Assembly: GCA_016906335.1 (NCBI GenBank) | Contig: JADEYG010000009.1 | Span: 744,001-808,000, forward strand | Length of the DNA: 64,000 nucleotides | Reading direction: 5' to 3' | Origin: Novakomyces olei | Taxonomy: Eukaryota | In this document: one piece after another, positions 63,332 to 64,000 of the stretch | How positions within the stretch are numbered: the first letter of the stretch is position 1 | Layout: each line of letters starts with the position of its first letter | Made by a program: the position numbers and the translations under genes | The notes under the pieces: model-generated | Seen by the model: the letters and a program-made list of their open reading frames with translations, nothing else | Told to the model about the DNA's origin: nothing | The model's database searches: none

Positions 63332-64000
63332 TCAGTCAGTAGAGTGCAGATTCTCGCCCTGTTGCAGGCCCTGCTGCCACAGCCAAAGCGCCTCTGTAGC
63401 ATGGGTGCGTACGCCAAGGTGTAGTGTAGCCGACTCGTCAGCCGCTTCTGTGAGCGAATCAACTACTCTGCAATCCAGAGTCAGAGACCGCAGCAAAGCG
63501 GATACTTCGAGTCCAAAAGCCTGTGATCCAATCCTAAAAAGCACTCTTCCCAGAGTGCGTATAGCTAGAGCCCGCTGAGCCGGAAAGCGGCTGCGTGACA
63601 GGTGCGCTAGCTCTGGTATTGTGTAACCAGCCGCCGCAGGAGCATCAGCGTGGTGGTGTAACCCTTCCGTGGTCGCCACTTCTCGGCCTTTTCGTGGTGG
63701 AAGAATATTCCCTGCAAAATCAAACCGAACTGCACTCGGCGCAACCTCACGCATATCCGGATGGTATTGAGACTCATCTTCTTCTATGCTGATAGGCTGC
63801 ATCCACGCTAGCCGGGTGGGATCGTGTTCGAGCTGGGGAAAATATTTATCATGAAGCTTCTCCAAAAAATCATCGGCACCAGGATCATCCTGCTCCACCT
63901 CCTCTGCATTCGGTGGAGCAGCAAAATGAACTCTGACGTTTGGCTGCTCTTGGTCAGGCTCAGATTTTTCACCCGGCTCGGGCCGTTCGTCCAAGGTACT
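63332..64000 (-). CDS. RBA50: RNA polymerase II-associated protein Rba50/RPAP1, 3' part
   Basis: LHDKYFP, RFDFAGN, GLHHHADAPAAAGYTIPELAHLSRSRFPAQR (RPAP1 C-terminal motif). Continues beyond the window. Confidence 0.88.
   Translation of the reverse strand, partial: STLDERPEPGEKSEPDQEQPNVRVHFAAPPNAEEVEQDDPGADDFLEKLHDKYFPQLEHDPTRLAWMQPISIEEDESQYHPDMREVAPSAVRFDFAGNILPPRKGREVATTEGLHHHADAPAAAGYTIPELAHLSRSRFPAQRALAIRTLGRVLFRIGSQAFGLEVSALLRSLTLDCRVVDSLTEAADESATLHLGVRTHATEALWLWQQGLQQGENLHSTD

Overview
Gene-dense, intron-rich ascomycete genomic DNA using the standard genetic code; it looks like an early-diverging yeast-like lineage, but I cannot name the species. I can support about 29 protein genes, including SPT6 (partial), MRC1, UBA2, PFK1, TYR1, ATG18, SRP14, HSP31-like, FEX, GLO1, LSB5, a class-III aminotransferase, PCM1, SEC24, a Fus3/Kss1-type MAPK, OST4, VPS51, NIF3, RRP14, BET4, COQ9, GBP2/HRB1, TMS1, CBP6 and RBA50 (partial). 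SRP14 and OST4 are missing from the ORF track. There is also a U6 snRNA gene, an intron-containing tRNA-Leu(UAA), an intact and apparently very recent Ty1/copia LTR retrotransposon, and several long AT-rich microsatellites. Most interesting: (1) an in-frame RS domain upstream of the first AUG of GBP2/HRB1, with a candidate ACG start in a Kozak-like context; (2) a glyoxalase I with one of its two metal sites apparently dismantled, near a glyoxalase III and a prion-like GSY-repeat protein that share CRE/M26 promoter elements; (3) an intronless, bacterial-looking omega-aminotransferase; (4) a variant U6 alongside permissive splice signals. Exon boundaries were read by eye, family calls rest on recognised motifs, and no searches were run. 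CDS coordinates are whole-gene spans including introns.
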